Shown here one piece after another: positions 63,788 through 64,000 of a stretch of 64,000 nt of DNA. Each line of letters begins with the position of its first letter. Position 1 is the stretch's first letter. The stretch comes from Haliotis rufescens (lineage: Eukaryota), in the NCBI RefSeq assembly GCF_023055435.1, contig NW_025964223.1, forward strand, positions 27,218,001-27,282,000. Direction: 5' to 3'. The translations under genes were made by a program, and so were the position numbers. The notes beneath the pieces were generated by a model. The model worked only from the letters and a program-made list of their open reading frames with translations, ran no database searches and was not told where the DNA came from.

Positions 63788-63960
63788 GGGCACGGCTGGC
63801 CCAGTCATCTAAGGCTCTACAATTTGCTTTGTAGAGTTGCGCCCTTTAGTAAGCCAGAAACTCATAGTAGTGGGTTCGAATCCCGGTTCACCTCGATTAC
63901 GTTTCTAGGTTTGTCAGCACCATACTCATGCTGGTGGGTTTCACCAAAGTGGTAAACATG
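63788..63960 (+). mobile_element. Possible tRNA-derived SINE
   Basis: A-box-like TGGCCCAGTCATCTAAGGC and B-box GGTTCGAATCCC with a non-tRNA extension. Confidence 0.45.
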
Positions 63961-64000
63961 ACCTGCATCACTTTGGCCTTTCCTCCCACATTAAACTGAC

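Noticed and set aside
63763-63812. Additional PATL1 exon after ttttag
   Set aside because: The required phase hits a TAA stop within 17 codons and overlaps a SINE-like sequence.

Overview
AT-rich, intron-rich animal genomic DNA, probably a marine mollusc. The SINE and transposon repertoire resembles abalone/vetigastropods, but the organism is an inference. The core is a head-to-head gene pair with start codons ~380 bp apart: DEAF1 (minus strand, 7 coding exons, SAND domain, apparently no MYND finger) and PATL1/Pat1 (plus strand, 9 exons seen, continuing past the window). A secreted PAN/Apple + Sushi gene lies on the minus strand at the left end. Introns and intergenic DNA are dense with mobile elements: three DIRS and one Ngaro/DIRS-like tyrosine-recombinase retroelements, a Penelope element with hammerhead-like motifs, Tc1 and mariner relics, Sola2-like, pogo-like, hAT-like and AcademH-like elements, Helentron-associated tandem-repeat elements, and three SINE families. 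Most notable: (1) five near-identical copies of a C/D-box snoRNA, predicted to guide 2'-O-methylation of the 28S position equivalent to yeast U2347, hosted in sense orientation in both genes of the divergent pair; (2) a 1.45-kb miniature Polinton/Maverick with perfect 174-bp TIRs in DEAF1 intron 1; (3) a non-tRNA SINE whose 5' head can fold into a pseudoknot; (4) a quasi-mirror locus architecture with phase-compatible inverted repeats.
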